From assembly GCA_964291315.2 (NCBI GenBank), contig OZ219750.1:320001-384000 (forward strand): a stretch of 64,000 bases of DNA. Reading direction: 5' to 3'. Below are positions 10,868-21,990 of this stretch, one piece after another; within the stretch, counting starts at the first letter, position 1; every line of letters begins with the position of its first letter. This stretch comes from Candidatus Poribacteria bacterium. Lineage in GTDB: Bacteria > Poribacteria > WGA-4E > WGA-3G. Under the pieces are notes generated by a model. The model was not told the DNA's origin and made no database searches. It worked only from the letters and a program-made list of their open reading frames with translations. The position numbers were made by a program, and so were the translations under genes.

Positions 10868-11506
10868 GTGGCGGTGAAAATTAGTTGCATTGTTGAAGGG
10901 GATAGTGAATTGGAATCTGTACCTGTCCTGATTAGGCGGGTCTCAGCGATGTGTTATCCTGGTGTGGCGCTTGTCATCCCACGACCTATCCGCATTCCCA
11001 GAAATCGGGTTATTAAAATCGGTGAACTTGAACGAGCAGTTGAGTTGGCTGCTCGGAAGATCCGGAGGCAGGGAGCTATATTTATCATCCTTGATTCTGA
11101 TCGTGATTGCCCGGCGCACTTAGGACCGAAGCTGCTTCAACGGGTTTTACGAACTCATCGAAATCTGCCGGTTGCCGTTGTGCTTGCAAAGTGCGAATTT
11201 GAGGCATGGTTCCTCGCAGCAGCTGAGTCCCTTCGTGGACAAAGAGGGTTAAGAAGCAATATCTACGCGCCGAACGATCCGGAGGCGATCTGTGGGGCAA
11301 AGGAATGGTTAAGTCAGCATATGCAAAATGGGAAAACTTACAAATCAAAGCGCGACCAACCCGCACTCGCAGCGATTTTTGATATAGAGCAGGCGCGTCG
11401 ATCCAATTCGTTTGACAAGTGCTACCGGGAGATCGTTCGTCTCCTCGGCGAGCTGCGAGAACCAGTTAAAATAACCAGTAAATCAATAAGGCAGCTAACA
11501 AAGTAA
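10868..11506 (+). CDS. DUF4276-like TOPRIM-type protein, partner of the ATPase
   Basis: IVEGDSE, LDSD.DCP and EFEAWFLA motifs; directly downstream of the ATPase. Confidence 0.8.
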   Translation: MAVKISCIVEGDSELESVPVLIRRVSAMCYPGVALVIPRPIRIPRNRVIKIGELERAVELAARKIRRQGAIFIILDSDRDCPAHLGPKLLQRVLRTHRNLPVAVVLAKCEFEAWFLAAAESLRGQRGLRSNIYAPNDPEAICGAKEWLSQHMQNGKTYKSKRDQPALAAIFDIEQARRSNSFDKCYREIVRLLGELREPVKITSKSIRQLTK

Positions 11507-11524
11507 CCAGATGGAGAGTTTAAT

Positions 11525-12928
11525 ATGGAAAACAGACCGAACGTCATTTTTGTTCTAACTGATGATCAGGGCCCTTGGGCTGCTGGATGCTGTGGCAACG
11601 ATGAGGTGAGGACCCCTCATTTAGATCGATTGGCATCGGAAGGCACTCGGTTCTCAAATTTTTTCTGCACAAGCCCTGTCTGCTCGCCTGCACGCGCCAG
11701 TCTTATGACGGGGCGTATTCCCTCAGCACACGGCGTACACGATTGGATTCGGGACGGAAATATGCCTCCCGATCGTGCGCGATATCTGGATGGGCTCACC
11801 TGTTATACCGATGTTTTAGCCGATAATCATTATAAGGTCGGATTGAGCGGGAAATGGCACCTTGGCGATAGTTTGACACCACAACACGGTTTCAGCCACT
11901 GGTTTGCTTTACCGACCGGCGGCAGCAAATACAACGACGCAGATATGATCCGAGAGGGAGAGGTTGAGATGCAACCTGGCTACCTCACTGATGTCATCAC
12001 CGATGACGCGTTGGATTTTATCTCGACCAACAAGGATGGCCCGTTCTATCTCAGTGTCAACTACAACGCGCCGCATACCCCTTTCACGGGGCACCCGCAA
12101 GACATCGTTGACTCTTATGACGATTGTCCTTTTAAAACGTGTCCACAAGAGGCACTGCATCCGTGGGCGGTGCAGGGGGCAGCTGTTCATATGGGGAACC
12201 GTGAGTCATTGAAAGGCTATTTTGCAGCGATAACAGCGCTTGATTTAAACGTTGGGCGGATTCTTGATAGATTGGCGGAGCTCGGGATCCGTGAGAATAC
12301 CCTTGTTGTTTTCAGTAGTGACAACGGTTACTCGTGTGGACATCACGGGTTTTGGCATAAAGGGAACGGAACGTTTCCGTTGAATATGTATGAGAACTCG
12401 GTTAAAGTCCCGTTTATTGTAAGTCAACCGGGTAGGATTCCAGAGGGACGCGTCAGTGAGTCGATGGTTAGCCAGTATGACTTCATGCCGACACTCCTAG
12501 GTTATCTCGGTCTGCCTGATCCGAATGACGATATGTCCCCGGGCAGAAGTTTCGTTCCGGCGCTTTCTGGAGAAACAGACGAAGCGCAAGCCGAGATCGT
12601 CATTTATGATGAATACGGTCCTGTCCGTATGATTCGTACGCAAGAGTGGAAATATGTGCATAGGTACCCGTACGGCCCCCATGAGCTCTATGATCTCATG
12701 AACGACCCGGGTGAACGAAAAAATCTCATAGATGAAAAGTCACAGAGCTCACGGATAACCGACATGCGGCAACAGATGGGGGCATGGTTCCAGCGATATG
12801 TCTTGCCTGAATTAGACGGGGCAAGATGTTCTGTTAGCGGCGGTGGACAGGCTGCGAGAATTGAAGAAGGACAGTGTAGCGAGGGTGCGTTCCATCCAAG
12901 GTATGCACCCCCTCAGCGCAATGTGTAG
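11525..12928 (+). CDS. Sulfatase (formylglycine-dependent)
   Basis: PNVIFVLTDDQG, CSPARASLMTG, GKWHLG, SDNG. Confidence 0.95.
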   Translation: MENRPNVIFVLTDDQGPWAAGCCGNDEVRTPHLDRLASEGTRFSNFFCTSPVCSPARASLMTGRIPSAHGVHDWIRDGNMPPDRARYLDGLTCYTDVLADNHYKVGLSGKWHLGDSLTPQHGFSHWFALPTGGSKYNDADMIREGEVEMQPGYLTDVITDDALDFISTNKDGPFYLSVNYNAPHTPFTGHPQDIVDSYDDCPFKTCPQEALHPWAVQGAAVHMGNRESLKGYFAAITALDLNVGRILDRLAELGIRENTLVVFSSDNGYSCGHHGFWHKGNGTFPLNMYENSVKVPFIVSQPGRIPEGRVSESMVSQYDFMPTLLGYLGLPDPNDDMSPGRSFVPALSGETDEAQAEIVIYDEYGPVRMIRTQEWKYVHRYPYGPHELYDLMNDPGERKNLIDEKSQSSRITDMRQQMGAWFQRYVLPELDGARCSVSGGGQAARIEEGQCSEGAFHPRYAPPQRNV

Positions 12929-12995
12929 CAGCGTTTTGTTAGGCGGGTGCTACTATAATCGATAGCTGGCAGCCAATAGATACGAAAGGAGTGAA

Positions 12996-13883
12996 ATGGC
13001 AAGAGCATTTGCCCCTGGTAACATCTCTTGTGTTTTCAAGGTTATTCCGCACCACGATGCTACCCGTATGCACTCGCTCGGCATGGGCTTCACGGTTACA
13101 GAGGGTGTAGATGTTGCTGTTTCTAATCATCGTAAAACAGAGATTCTGTTTAATGGGAAGGACATTAAGTTTCCCACGGTGCGCGCTGTTGTCGAACGAT
13201 TGGTTCAGAACACAGATCTAGCAGGCATAAGAGTAGCTATTGTTTCTACTTTGCCGCTCGGTTGTGGCTTCGGACTTAGCGGGGCTGCTGCGCTTGCAAC
13301 AGCTTACGCGCTCAATGAACTCTTGCATCTAGGCAAAGATACGGAGTGGCTCGCGATGATAGCACATGTCGCGGAGGTTGAAAATCGTACCGGACTCGGA
13401 GATGTATGTTCACAATATCACGGGGGCTGTCTTGTTAAGTTGAAAGAGGGTGCACCTTTGGTTGCCGATAGATTGCCGATTGCGGAACAACCTATCTATT
13501 ATCGTTATTTTGGTCCTATTCAGACAAGTGAAGTGCTTGGCGACAGAAAACAGACCTTGCGTATTAATCGTGCTGCCGATGTTGCCTTAAACACTCTGCG
13601 AACGCTTACACACGTCACTGCTAGGGGGTACCTAACGGACAGTGTACGGGGCAGTATCGGACTCTTTAACGCCTGTTTTGCTGCCTCAAAGCAGTTTTCA
13701 GTGGAGAGTGGTTTGCTCAGGGATACCCGGGTAATTGACACAATTGCGCAGATTGAGTCAGAAGGTGGTGTTGCATCGATGATTATGTTAGGAAACGGCG
13801 TTTTTAGCACGCATCCGTTTGCAGGGGCAAAGCAGACACGATTGGCTAACAATCCGGCACGTCTTGCAGGTGTGAGGCAGTAA
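12996..13883 (+). CDS. GHMP kinase, archaeal pantoate-kinase-like
   Basis: N-terminal AFAPG.IS..F, PLGCGFGLSGAAAL GHMP motif, AH.AEV...TGLGDV, and MIMLGNGVF. Confidence 0.75.
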   Translation: MARAFAPGNISCVFKVIPHHDATRMHSLGMGFTVTEGVDVAVSNHRKTEILFNGKDIKFPTVRAVVERLVQNTDLAGIRVAIVSTLPLGCGFGLSGAAALATAYALNELLHLGKDTEWLAMIAHVAEVENRTGLGDVCSQYHGGCLVKLKEGAPLVADRLPIAEQPIYYRYFGPIQTSEVLGDRKQTLRINRAADVALNTLRTLTHVTARGYLTDSVRGSIGLFNACFAASKQFSVESGLLRDTRVIDTIAQIESEGGVASMIMLGNGVFSTHPFAGAKQTRLANNPARLAGVRQ

Positions 13884-13912
13884 CATCGGTTTCTACTGCT
13901 GGAGTAGACAAA

Positions 13913-15802
13913 ATGAGAATTCTGCTTTGTCTTTTGCTTTTTTCCGTATCTGTTGCTTTCGGTGCGGTGGAAATTGAAAATGTAACGTTCGGATTCAGTG
14001 ACGGCTACAAAACAGGTACCTGGGCCCCCTTAACTGTTACCGTCCGAAACCAAAATGAGTTAAGCGTATTTGTTGGAGAATTGGCGGTAGAGGTCCGCAA
14101 TTTTTCTTCGGATATCCCTCTTGAACGGTACATCACTCCGCTCCGGCTAGGTCCAACTGAGCGCCAACAGAGCCCCCTTTCTGTCTATTGCTCGAAGAGT
14201 GCCACACGACTTGTTATCGAACTCCGCCCTCGAACAGCTGGGCAAGGCGTTTACAACCCGGTTGCGTTCCAGGAGATACTACTGCCGACCCCTATCGCAC
14301 GCAAAGATTATTTTTTGTTGATGTTGGTACCGAGCGGGGACAAGCTAAAACAGCTTATTGATAAAAAAGTGTTAAAGGCTTCTGACGATGCCCAGGTACA
14401 TATTAAGTACCTTCCGAATCGGGAAGCTTTGCGCCACTACTGGATCGATTACAGCGCTGTTGATGTTCTTGTTATCCGTGAAACCTTTTTAACAGAAAGA
14501 CATGTGCCTAAAGCGAAACAGACAGCGTTGCTTGATTGGGTGCGGCGTGGGGGCACTCTTATTATGTCCGGAGGCGGCAGCTTTAACGCCGTGAGAGCGG
14601 GTTTTGTAGAACCCTATCTCCCTGTTGAATTGAAAGGTTTAAAGAGGGTAGATACATTTTCGGATGCCTTGTATGCGCAGCTCGGTTTGCAGTTTGTCAA
14701 CGGCGATGGAATTTTGTTTGAGCGTATTGATTTCGCGCCTAGAGCAGAATGTGAAACGTTAATCGGTACCGATGAACAGATTTACGTCGCCAAACGTGAC
14801 TTTGGGGATGGACAAATTCTTTGTCTCAGCTTTGATTACAACGTTTCGCAGTTCTCGGAGCAAGAGATAGGTGAAGCTTTTTGGCAACACTTGCTGGGTA
14901 AGTACGGTAAATCTCCGCGGCATCTTGCGGATCGTGCAGCGTTTTTTCGTCAGCATGAGGAGAAGATTTATAGACAATTTCTGTCTAAAATGCCAACACA
15001 GGTTCCACTCATTAAACTGCTTGCTGTTGTTTTACCGGTATACCTTCTCGTTTTTGGCGGTTTCTTGCTCTGTTTTAGGAGGTTTAAACAGAAGTCGTCT
15101 ATCTATTGGATGGGTGGCTGTCTCTTTATCCTAATTGCAACGAGTACAATTGCGGTGGCAAGACACATCTTTCCTAATGACATGGTGGTAGACCGCTTCT
15201 CAATTTTGTCTGTTTATCCTGAGCAGCGGGCACATCTACAGAGTTTTGTTTTTATCAGGTCTACTACGCGGACGAAAACATTCATCGAGTTTCCGGAGGG
15301 TACTTTTATCCGCCAGCAGGAAATAGGATTGTCTCAACCGACTAGAACGTTGATTCAAGGTTCGCGTGCTCAACTACAAGATGTCTTTTTGGACCCTTGG
15401 AGTCCTACAGTTTATGTAAGAGAAGCGTTCACACAACACCGACCGGTTAGATTGGAAAACGCGTGGCGTATCACAAATAAGGATATAACTTACTTAGGCG
15501 ATATCGGTCTAAGAGCACAATATCTGTTTGGAACAGAAAACCGGATTCCAATTGGTGTGAACATGAGGCGACAGTCCTTAAAAATACCGCCTGATAAAGA
15601 ATTGAAAGACGCTCGAAAGATATTTGCACGTATTCTGCAACAAGAGGGTGTATTGCAATATCTGACAACGGGAACGAATTTGGACCAAGAACCCTGCATT
15701 ATTGGATGGACTTCTCAAGAATTTGCTGATATGGTAACGGATGGAAGTGTGCACACGAATGATGAAACTCTGGTAATTTTTCGATCTGGGCCCAGTCTCT
15801 AA
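13913..15802 (+). CDS. Exported/membrane hypothetical protein with a glutamine-amidotransferase-like fold segment
   Basis: Signal peptide, G.YK.G.W.PL.V, LLDWVRRGGTLIMSGG, and two TM helices. Confidence 0.65.
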   Translation: MRILLCLLLFSVSVAFGAVEIENVTFGFSDGYKTGTWAPLTVTVRNQNELSVFVGELAVEVRNFSSDIPLERYITPLRLGPTERQQSPLSVYCSKSATRLVIELRPRTAGQGVYNPVAFQEILLPTPIARKDYFLLMLVPSGDKLKQLIDKKVLKASDDAQVHIKYLPNREALRHYWIDYSAVDVLVIRETFLTERHVPKAKQTALLDWVRRGGTLIMSGGGSFNAVRAGFVEPYLPVELKGLKRVDTFSDALYAQLGLQFVNGDGILFERIDFAPRAECETLIGTDEQIYVAKRDFGDGQILCLSFDYNVSQFSEQEIGEAFWQHLLGKYGKSPRHLADRAAFFRQHEEKIYRQFLSKMPTQVPLIKLLAVVLPVYLLVFGGFLLCFRRFKQKSSIYWMGGCLFILIATSTIAVARHIFPNDMVVDRFSILSVYPEQRAHLQSFVFIRSTTRTKTFIEFPEGTFIRQQEIGLSQPTRTLIQGSRAQLQDVFLDPWSPTVYVREAFTQHRPVRLENAWRITNKDITYLGDIGLRAQYLFGTENRIPIGVNMRRQSLKIPPDKELKDARKIFARILQQEGVLQYLTTGTNLDQEPCIIGWTSQEFADMVTDGSVHTNDETLVIFRSGPSL

Positions 15803-15819
15803 TTGTAAGAGGGTAAACT

Positions 15820-16746
15820 ATGGATGTACTGTCGCTCGGTATTTATGTTGTTGATGTCTTAGGACGGCCGATAGATCAATTTCCTGAGAAGGGAAAATTA
15901 GTGCTCTTTGATGAACTTGAGATCCATACCGGGGGTTGTGCTAACAATGTGGCTATTGCGCTCGCGCGCCTTGGTATCTCGGCCGGTGCGATCGGTAAAG
16001 TGGGGATGGATTCTTTTGGTGGCTTAATGCTGCAGACACTCACAGACAACGGTGTTAACACGGTCGGCATGCGGCGGGAGGCCAATGCTAACACCTCATT
16101 TACGTTTGTCGCCGTTGCCTCCGATGGGGAACGAACTTTTTGTCACTATATTGGTGCAAATGGTGAGTTCTGTGAGACAGACCTTAATTGGGAACTCATC
16201 AAAACCGTCAAAATTTTGCACATCGCCGGTGCGCTCGTCATGCCGGGTTTTGATGGTTTACCGATGGCAAATGTTCTTCGAAGGGCGAAGGCGTTGGGCA
16301 TAACCACGTCACTTGACACGGCATATGATGCCACGGGAAAATGGATGGAGGTACTCGAACCGTGCTTGCCTTACGTAGACATGTTTATGCCGAGTATCCT
16401 TGAGGCGCAACATCTCACGGGTCTATCTGAATACAGAGAGATCACGCGGTTTTTACGAGACAACTACGGGATCCATACTATTGTTATTAAGATGGGTGAA
16501 AACGGCAGTTACGCCTCGACACCGGAATCGGAGTATTTATCTCCTGTATATCCTATGAATGTTGTTGACGCAACGGGCGCAGGTGATGCTTACGTCGCAG
16601 GTTTTCTTGCAGGGACGATCATGAATTGGGATCTAAAATCAACTGCGGAATTAGCGTCTGCCACCGGGGCTGCGTGTGTTACTGCTGTTGGCGCGACTGC
16701 GGGCATCCAGAATCTGGAAAAAACCTTGGAGATTATCAGGCAATAG
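15820..16746 (+). CDS. PfkB/ribokinase family carbohydrate kinase
   Basis: GGCANNVAIALARLG and VVDATGAGDAY signatures. Confidence 0.95.
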   Translation: MDVLSLGIYVVDVLGRPIDQFPEKGKLVLFDELEIHTGGCANNVAIALARLGISAGAIGKVGMDSFGGLMLQTLTDNGVNTVGMRREANANTSFTFVAVASDGERTFCHYIGANGEFCETDLNWELIKTVKILHIAGALVMPGFDGLPMANVLRRAKALGITTSLDTAYDATGKWMEVLEPCLPYVDMFMPSILEAQHLTGLSEYREITRFLRDNYGIHTIVIKMGENGSYASTPESEYLSPVYPMNVVDATGAGDAYVAGFLAGTIMNWDLKSTAELASATGAACVTAVGATAGIQNLEKTLEIIRQ

Positions 16747-16863
16747 TCAGGGGTTAGGGGTTAACGGGGCATTTGGTGCGAAACGCCTCTACAAATAGGG
16801 TACTGATGCCTGAGGTTGGCGTGAATCGGAACGCCCAGGCAGCAACCGATAGCAATAAAAAAC

Positions 16864-17826
16864 ATGGAAAACACGGTGATCGTTCAAACAGAGAACCTAT
16901 CCAAATGGTACGGTGAGGTCATGGGTGTGAATGGTGTGACGCTGACAGTTCACCCCGGAATAACCGGCTTACTCGGGCCAAATGGCGCGGGCAAAACAAG
17001 TCTGATCAAACTCATGACAGGCCAACTCAAACCTAACCAAGGGGAAGTGAAGGTACTGGGCCAACCGGTATGGAATAACCTTGACTTGACTCGGCAGGTG
17101 GGCTACTGTCCGGATATAGAACTAGCGTATCAATTCATGAGCGGTTTCGAGTTTGTCACTTTTTTCGCGATCTTAAGCGGATACGACACAGCGGAGGTTG
17201 AATCCCGGAGTCTACAGGTTCTGGAAAGGGTCGGGATGCTTGAAGCAAAGCATCGGCCTATCGGTTCTTATAGCAAGGGGATGCGCCAGCGAATCAAACT
17301 TGCCCAGGCGTTGGTACATGAGCCTGAACTCCTTTTCCTTGATGAACCGCTCACAGGCTTGGATCCGAATGGGAGGCGTTATGTTCTCACATTATTGCGG
17401 GAACTTGCTGATAAAGATGTGAGCATTGTGGTTTCGAGTCATATTCTCTATGAGATCGAGGCGTTAACAGAAAGCATTCTGCTTATTCATCAGGGCCGTA
17501 TCCTCGCCGAAGGCACTATCTCCGATATCCGAGAGCTAATTGACGAACACCCGCATAAGGTCTACCTAAGCACTGATGAGCCGCGCCGTTTAGCGCAGGT
17601 CTGCCTTTCGTTTGAGGACATCCTCAGTGTAACGTTTGTTGATTGCCATGGTTCTGTAGACGAGCCAGAAACGGGTGAAGCAGGCGATATTATCATTGAA
17701 ACAGCGAAACCCGATGCTTTCTATGCTCGCCTCCCTCAGCTTCTTGTCGAAAATGAGTTGGATGTTTCTCAACTTTACTCCCCTGATGATAATCTCTCTT
17801 CTGTATTTAAGTATTTGGTTGGCTAG
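16864..17826 (+). CDS. ABC transporter ATP-binding protein
   Basis: GPNGAGKT, YSKGMRQR, LFLDEP, SSH. Confidence 0.95.
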   Translation: MENTVIVQTENLSKWYGEVMGVNGVTLTVHPGITGLLGPNGAGKTSLIKLMTGQLKPNQGEVKVLGQPVWNNLDLTRQVGYCPDIELAYQFMSGFEFVTFFAILSGYDTAEVESRSLQVLERVGMLEAKHRPIGSYSKGMRQRIKLAQALVHEPELLFLDEPLTGLDPNGRRYVLTLLRELADKDVSIVVSSHILYEIEALTESILLIHQGRILAEGTISDIRELIDEHPHKVYLSTDEPRRLAQVCLSFEDILSVTFVDCHGSVDEPETGEAGDIIIETAKPDAFYARLPQLLVENELDVSQLYSPDDNLSSVFKYLVG

Positions 17827-17831
17827 GTATT

Positions 17832-19007
<1,176 letters not shown>

Positions 19008-19195
19008 TCAAGCCGCTGGCAGTTAGCGCTTAACGAGCACGGATTTCCAAATTCGGACTTATTTCTATACCTTGCACATTGAGAATTATAGAAAGCCCGA
19101 AAACTCAAGGTACCTGCTGCTAACTATTTGTTATTGTTTTTTTATACGAGATTTGCTAAAATGTCTACAGAGATTTAGATTAAGGAAATAACGCG

Positions 19196-19603
19196 ATGGA
19201 TTGTATTTTTTGTGAAATTGTTGCTGGTAACATTCCAGCATCTACAGTCTACGAAGATGATCACGTTTTGGCTTTTATGGATATTGCCCCTGCAAATCCT
19301 GGGCATACGCTTGTTATACCTAAGCAGCACTATAGAAACATCTTCGATATGCCCATGGAGGTTGGCAGTAAGATTATGCAAACCGCGATTCCAATCGCGA
19401 ATGCTATCAGGACAGCATTGAATCCTGATGGACTTAACCTATTTCAGTCGAGCGAAGCAGCAGGATTTCAGACCGTATTCCATTTCCATCTCCATCTGAT
19501 TCCGCGTTGGGAAGGGGACTCGTTGCGATTACCTTGGCGACCCAGCGATGGAAATATGGAGGAGATCGGCAAGGTTGCCACAAAAATTCGAGGAGTTTTG
19601 TAA
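19196..19603 (+). CDS. HIT family protein
   Basis: DCIFCEI and HFHLHLIPR histidine triad. Confidence 0.95.
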   Translation: MDCIFCEIVAGNIPASTVYEDDHVLAFMDIAPANPGHTLVIPKQHYRNIFDMPMEVGSKIMQTAIPIANAIRTALNPDGLNLFQSSEAAGFQTVFHFHLHLIPRWEGDSLRLPWRPSDGNMEEIGKVATKIRGVL

Positions 19604-19627
19604 GGATAGGTCAGAGAAAGGAGTTTT

Positions 19628-20335
19628 ATGAACATCTTGATTACCTCTGCTGGTTCTGAACTGGCACGTAATGTGGCTGAAGCATTGGCGGAAACTCATA
19701 CGCTCCGCTTAACAGAACTGCATCCTGTCGAAAATGTTATAGGGACTTTCATTCAAAGCGGACTGGGACACGACGAGGCGACTGATGAACTCGTCCGCGG
19801 TATAGATGCTATTATCCATATTGCTGAAGTGCCTCGGCAATCTCTTGCTGAAGCCGATCAACCTGATAATTACGTTATTGACTATCAGACGCGTTGCACT
19901 TATAACTTGCTAATGGCAGCGTCGGCAGTAGGCGTGAGGCATGTCATTTACGCAAGTACGCTCCGCCTCTTTGAACAACACGACGAAAACTGGACGGTTA
20001 CGGAGAGTTGGCGGCCTCGCCCTTCTGTTGGTAGCTTCGTACTCTCAAAGCACCTTGGTGAATTCACGTGTAGAGAATTTGCACGGGAACGGAAACTTGA
20101 CGTAACCTGTTTCCGCCTCGGCAATCTTGTTACCGCAGAGGCGGCATCGACCTCTGAATATGATTCGATGTGGCTGGAGATGAACGATGCAGTTGCTGCT
20201 TTCCGATGTGGACTAAATGCTTCTGCGCCGTGGCGGATTTTTCATATTCAGTCAGAGTTCCCCGGCTCTCGCTTCTCAATTGGGAAAGCTAAGTCGCATC
20301 TGGGCTTCAATCCGACATTCGTGCCATCGCGCTAA
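19628..20335 (+). CDS. NAD-dependent epimerase/dehydratase family protein (degenerate motifs)
   Basis: Rossmann-like start ILIT, DAIIHIA, and TYNLL.AA. The YxxxK motif is degenerate (FVLSK). Confidence 0.75.
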   Translation: MNILITSAGSELARNVAEALAETHTLRLTELHPVENVIGTFIQSGLGHDEATDELVRGIDAIIHIAEVPRQSLAEADQPDNYVIDYQTRCTYNLLMAASAVGVRHVIYASTLRLFEQHDENWTVTESWRPRPSVGSFVLSKHLGEFTCREFARERKLDVTCFRLGNLVTAEAASTSEYDSMWLEMNDAVAAFRCGLNASAPWRIFHIQSEFPGSRFSIGKAKSHLGFNPTFVPSR

Positions 20336-20369
20336 TAAATCGCAACCTTTTTCTTAAGGAGGCCTATCA

Positions 20370-21095
20370 ATGAAAGTCCTCGTTTTAGGCGGGAACGGTT
20401 ACCTGGGGCCACATGTCGTTAAAGCCTTAGAACCTTACTATACACTGCGCGTCACGGATGTCAACGAGGTTGAAACCAAACATGAATCAATGCACATTGA
20501 TGTCAGTTCGCTTGATCAAGTGATGCGGGCAGCCGAGGGCATGGATGCAATACTCAATTGTTCTGTGCTTCGACACGATCGCCGGTTGGCATTTGATGTC
20601 AGTACGCGTGGGTGTTATAATACCATGTGCGCAGCTGTTAAACACGGGATCCGGCGTGTTATCAATACGGGACCACATTTTACCATTCAAGGCGACAGTT
20701 ATACCATTTTTGACTATGAAATTAACCCTGATGTCCCACCGCATACCAGCACTGGGCTCTATCCACTCACCAAGGGCCTCGGACAGGAGATCTGCAAAGT
20801 CTTCACCGAGCATTACGACATCTATGTCCTCTGTTACCTGTTTTTGAGTTTCCGTGAACATGAAGATCAATCGGAAGGCACCGATCTCAATCCGTTTTCG
20901 GTCAGTTGGCGAGACGCGGGCGAAGCGTTCCGACTCGGTTTAGAAATCCAACTCGAAAAGTTACCCTCGCGTTGTGAGGTTTTTAATATCTTTGCGGATC
21001 TACCACATCAGCAGTTCTCCAATGTCAAAACGAAACGGATCTTAGGGTTCAAACCACAGGATAATTTTGAGCAGATGTGGCATAAGAAAAATTAG
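20370..21095 (+). CDS. NAD-dependent epimerase/dehydratase family protein
   Basis: GGNGYLG and YPLTK catalytic motif. Confidence 0.85.
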   Translation: MKVLVLGGNGYLGPHVVKALEPYYTLRVTDVNEVETKHESMHIDVSSLDQVMRAAEGMDAILNCSVLRHDRRLAFDVSTRGCYNTMCAAVKHGIRRVINTGPHFTIQGDSYTIFDYEINPDVPPHTSTGLYPLTKGLGQEICKVFTEHYDIYVLCYLFLSFREHEDQSEGTDLNPFSVSWRDAGEAFRLGLEIQLEKLPSRCEVFNIFADLPHQQFSNVKTKRILGFKPQDNFEQMWHKKN

Positions 21096-21180
21096 GGCTA
21101 AGCGTATGAGTTAGTTCTTGTTTTATATTGATGTTTTGAGGTTTTCAGAAGTCTGTGTTAGGTAAATTGACCTGTATTTT

Positions 21181-21951
21181 ATGAAGATTCAACTCCTTGC
21201 ACATCGGGGCGGTATGGGCCGCGCACCAGAAAATACACTTACCTCCTTTAAACAAGCATTAGCAGATGGTGCTGATGGTTACGAATGTGATGTATGTCTC
21301 ACCCAAGATGAAGAGCCCGTATTGATTCATGTCCACTTTAACAAAAACAATATTCGGAAGGTCACTGGGTGTCGAACGCCACTGAATCAGCTCACTTGGA
21401 AAGATGTACAGAAGCTAAAAGTAGAGGCTTCCGGCGAGCCTGTGGCACATCTTGACGATGCCCTTGAGTTTACAAGAGAAAACCGAATGCCGTGCTTTGT
21501 TGAACCAAAAGCGGATGCACCGGCATTGCTCCGTATTGTTATAGAACGGATCCGGCATTTCGAGGTACTTCATCTTGTCAGTTTACTCACTTTTTATATG
21601 AACAAGCAGCTGCTTGTGGATGCTAAAAGACTAGAGCCGAGGTTGCAAACGAGCGCGATTCTCATCAACCCTATGGCGAACTTCTCCAAGGCAGCCGATG
21701 CTATTAAGGCAGATCGTATCATTTTAGGTTGGAGCAAAATTAATCATTTTCAGATTTATAACACGCTGACCATGGGGGCTGTTAAACGTAAGGTCAAGAG
21801 GCTACGCGCAAGCGGGATTGCTGTGGAGGCTGGATTTATTCAAACGGCAAAGGACGTGGCTTGGGCGACCTCGCTCCATGAGTCTGGTGGCGTTGATGGT
21901 TTGTGGGTAGACGATGTGCCTTACATCAGACAACACCTCCAGAAAATTTAG
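21181..21951 (+). CDS. Glycerophosphodiester phosphodiesterase family protein
   Basis: AHRG...APENTL.SF and E.DV.LT.D. Confidence 0.9.
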   Translation: MKIQLLAHRGGMGRAPENTLTSFKQALADGADGYECDVCLTQDEEPVLIHVHFNKNNIRKVTGCRTPLNQLTWKDVQKLKVEASGEPVAHLDDALEFTRENRMPCFVEPKADAPALLRIVIERIRHFEVLHLVSLLTFYMNKQLLVDAKRLEPRLQTSAILINPMANFSKAADAIKADRIILGWSKINHFQIYNTLTMGAVKRKVKRLRASGIAVEAGFIQTAKDVAWATSLHESGGVDGLWVDDVPYIRQHLQKI

Positions 21952-21990
21952 CTTCGATCAAACTACTGCAGTTTCGGTGACCTTAGGAAT

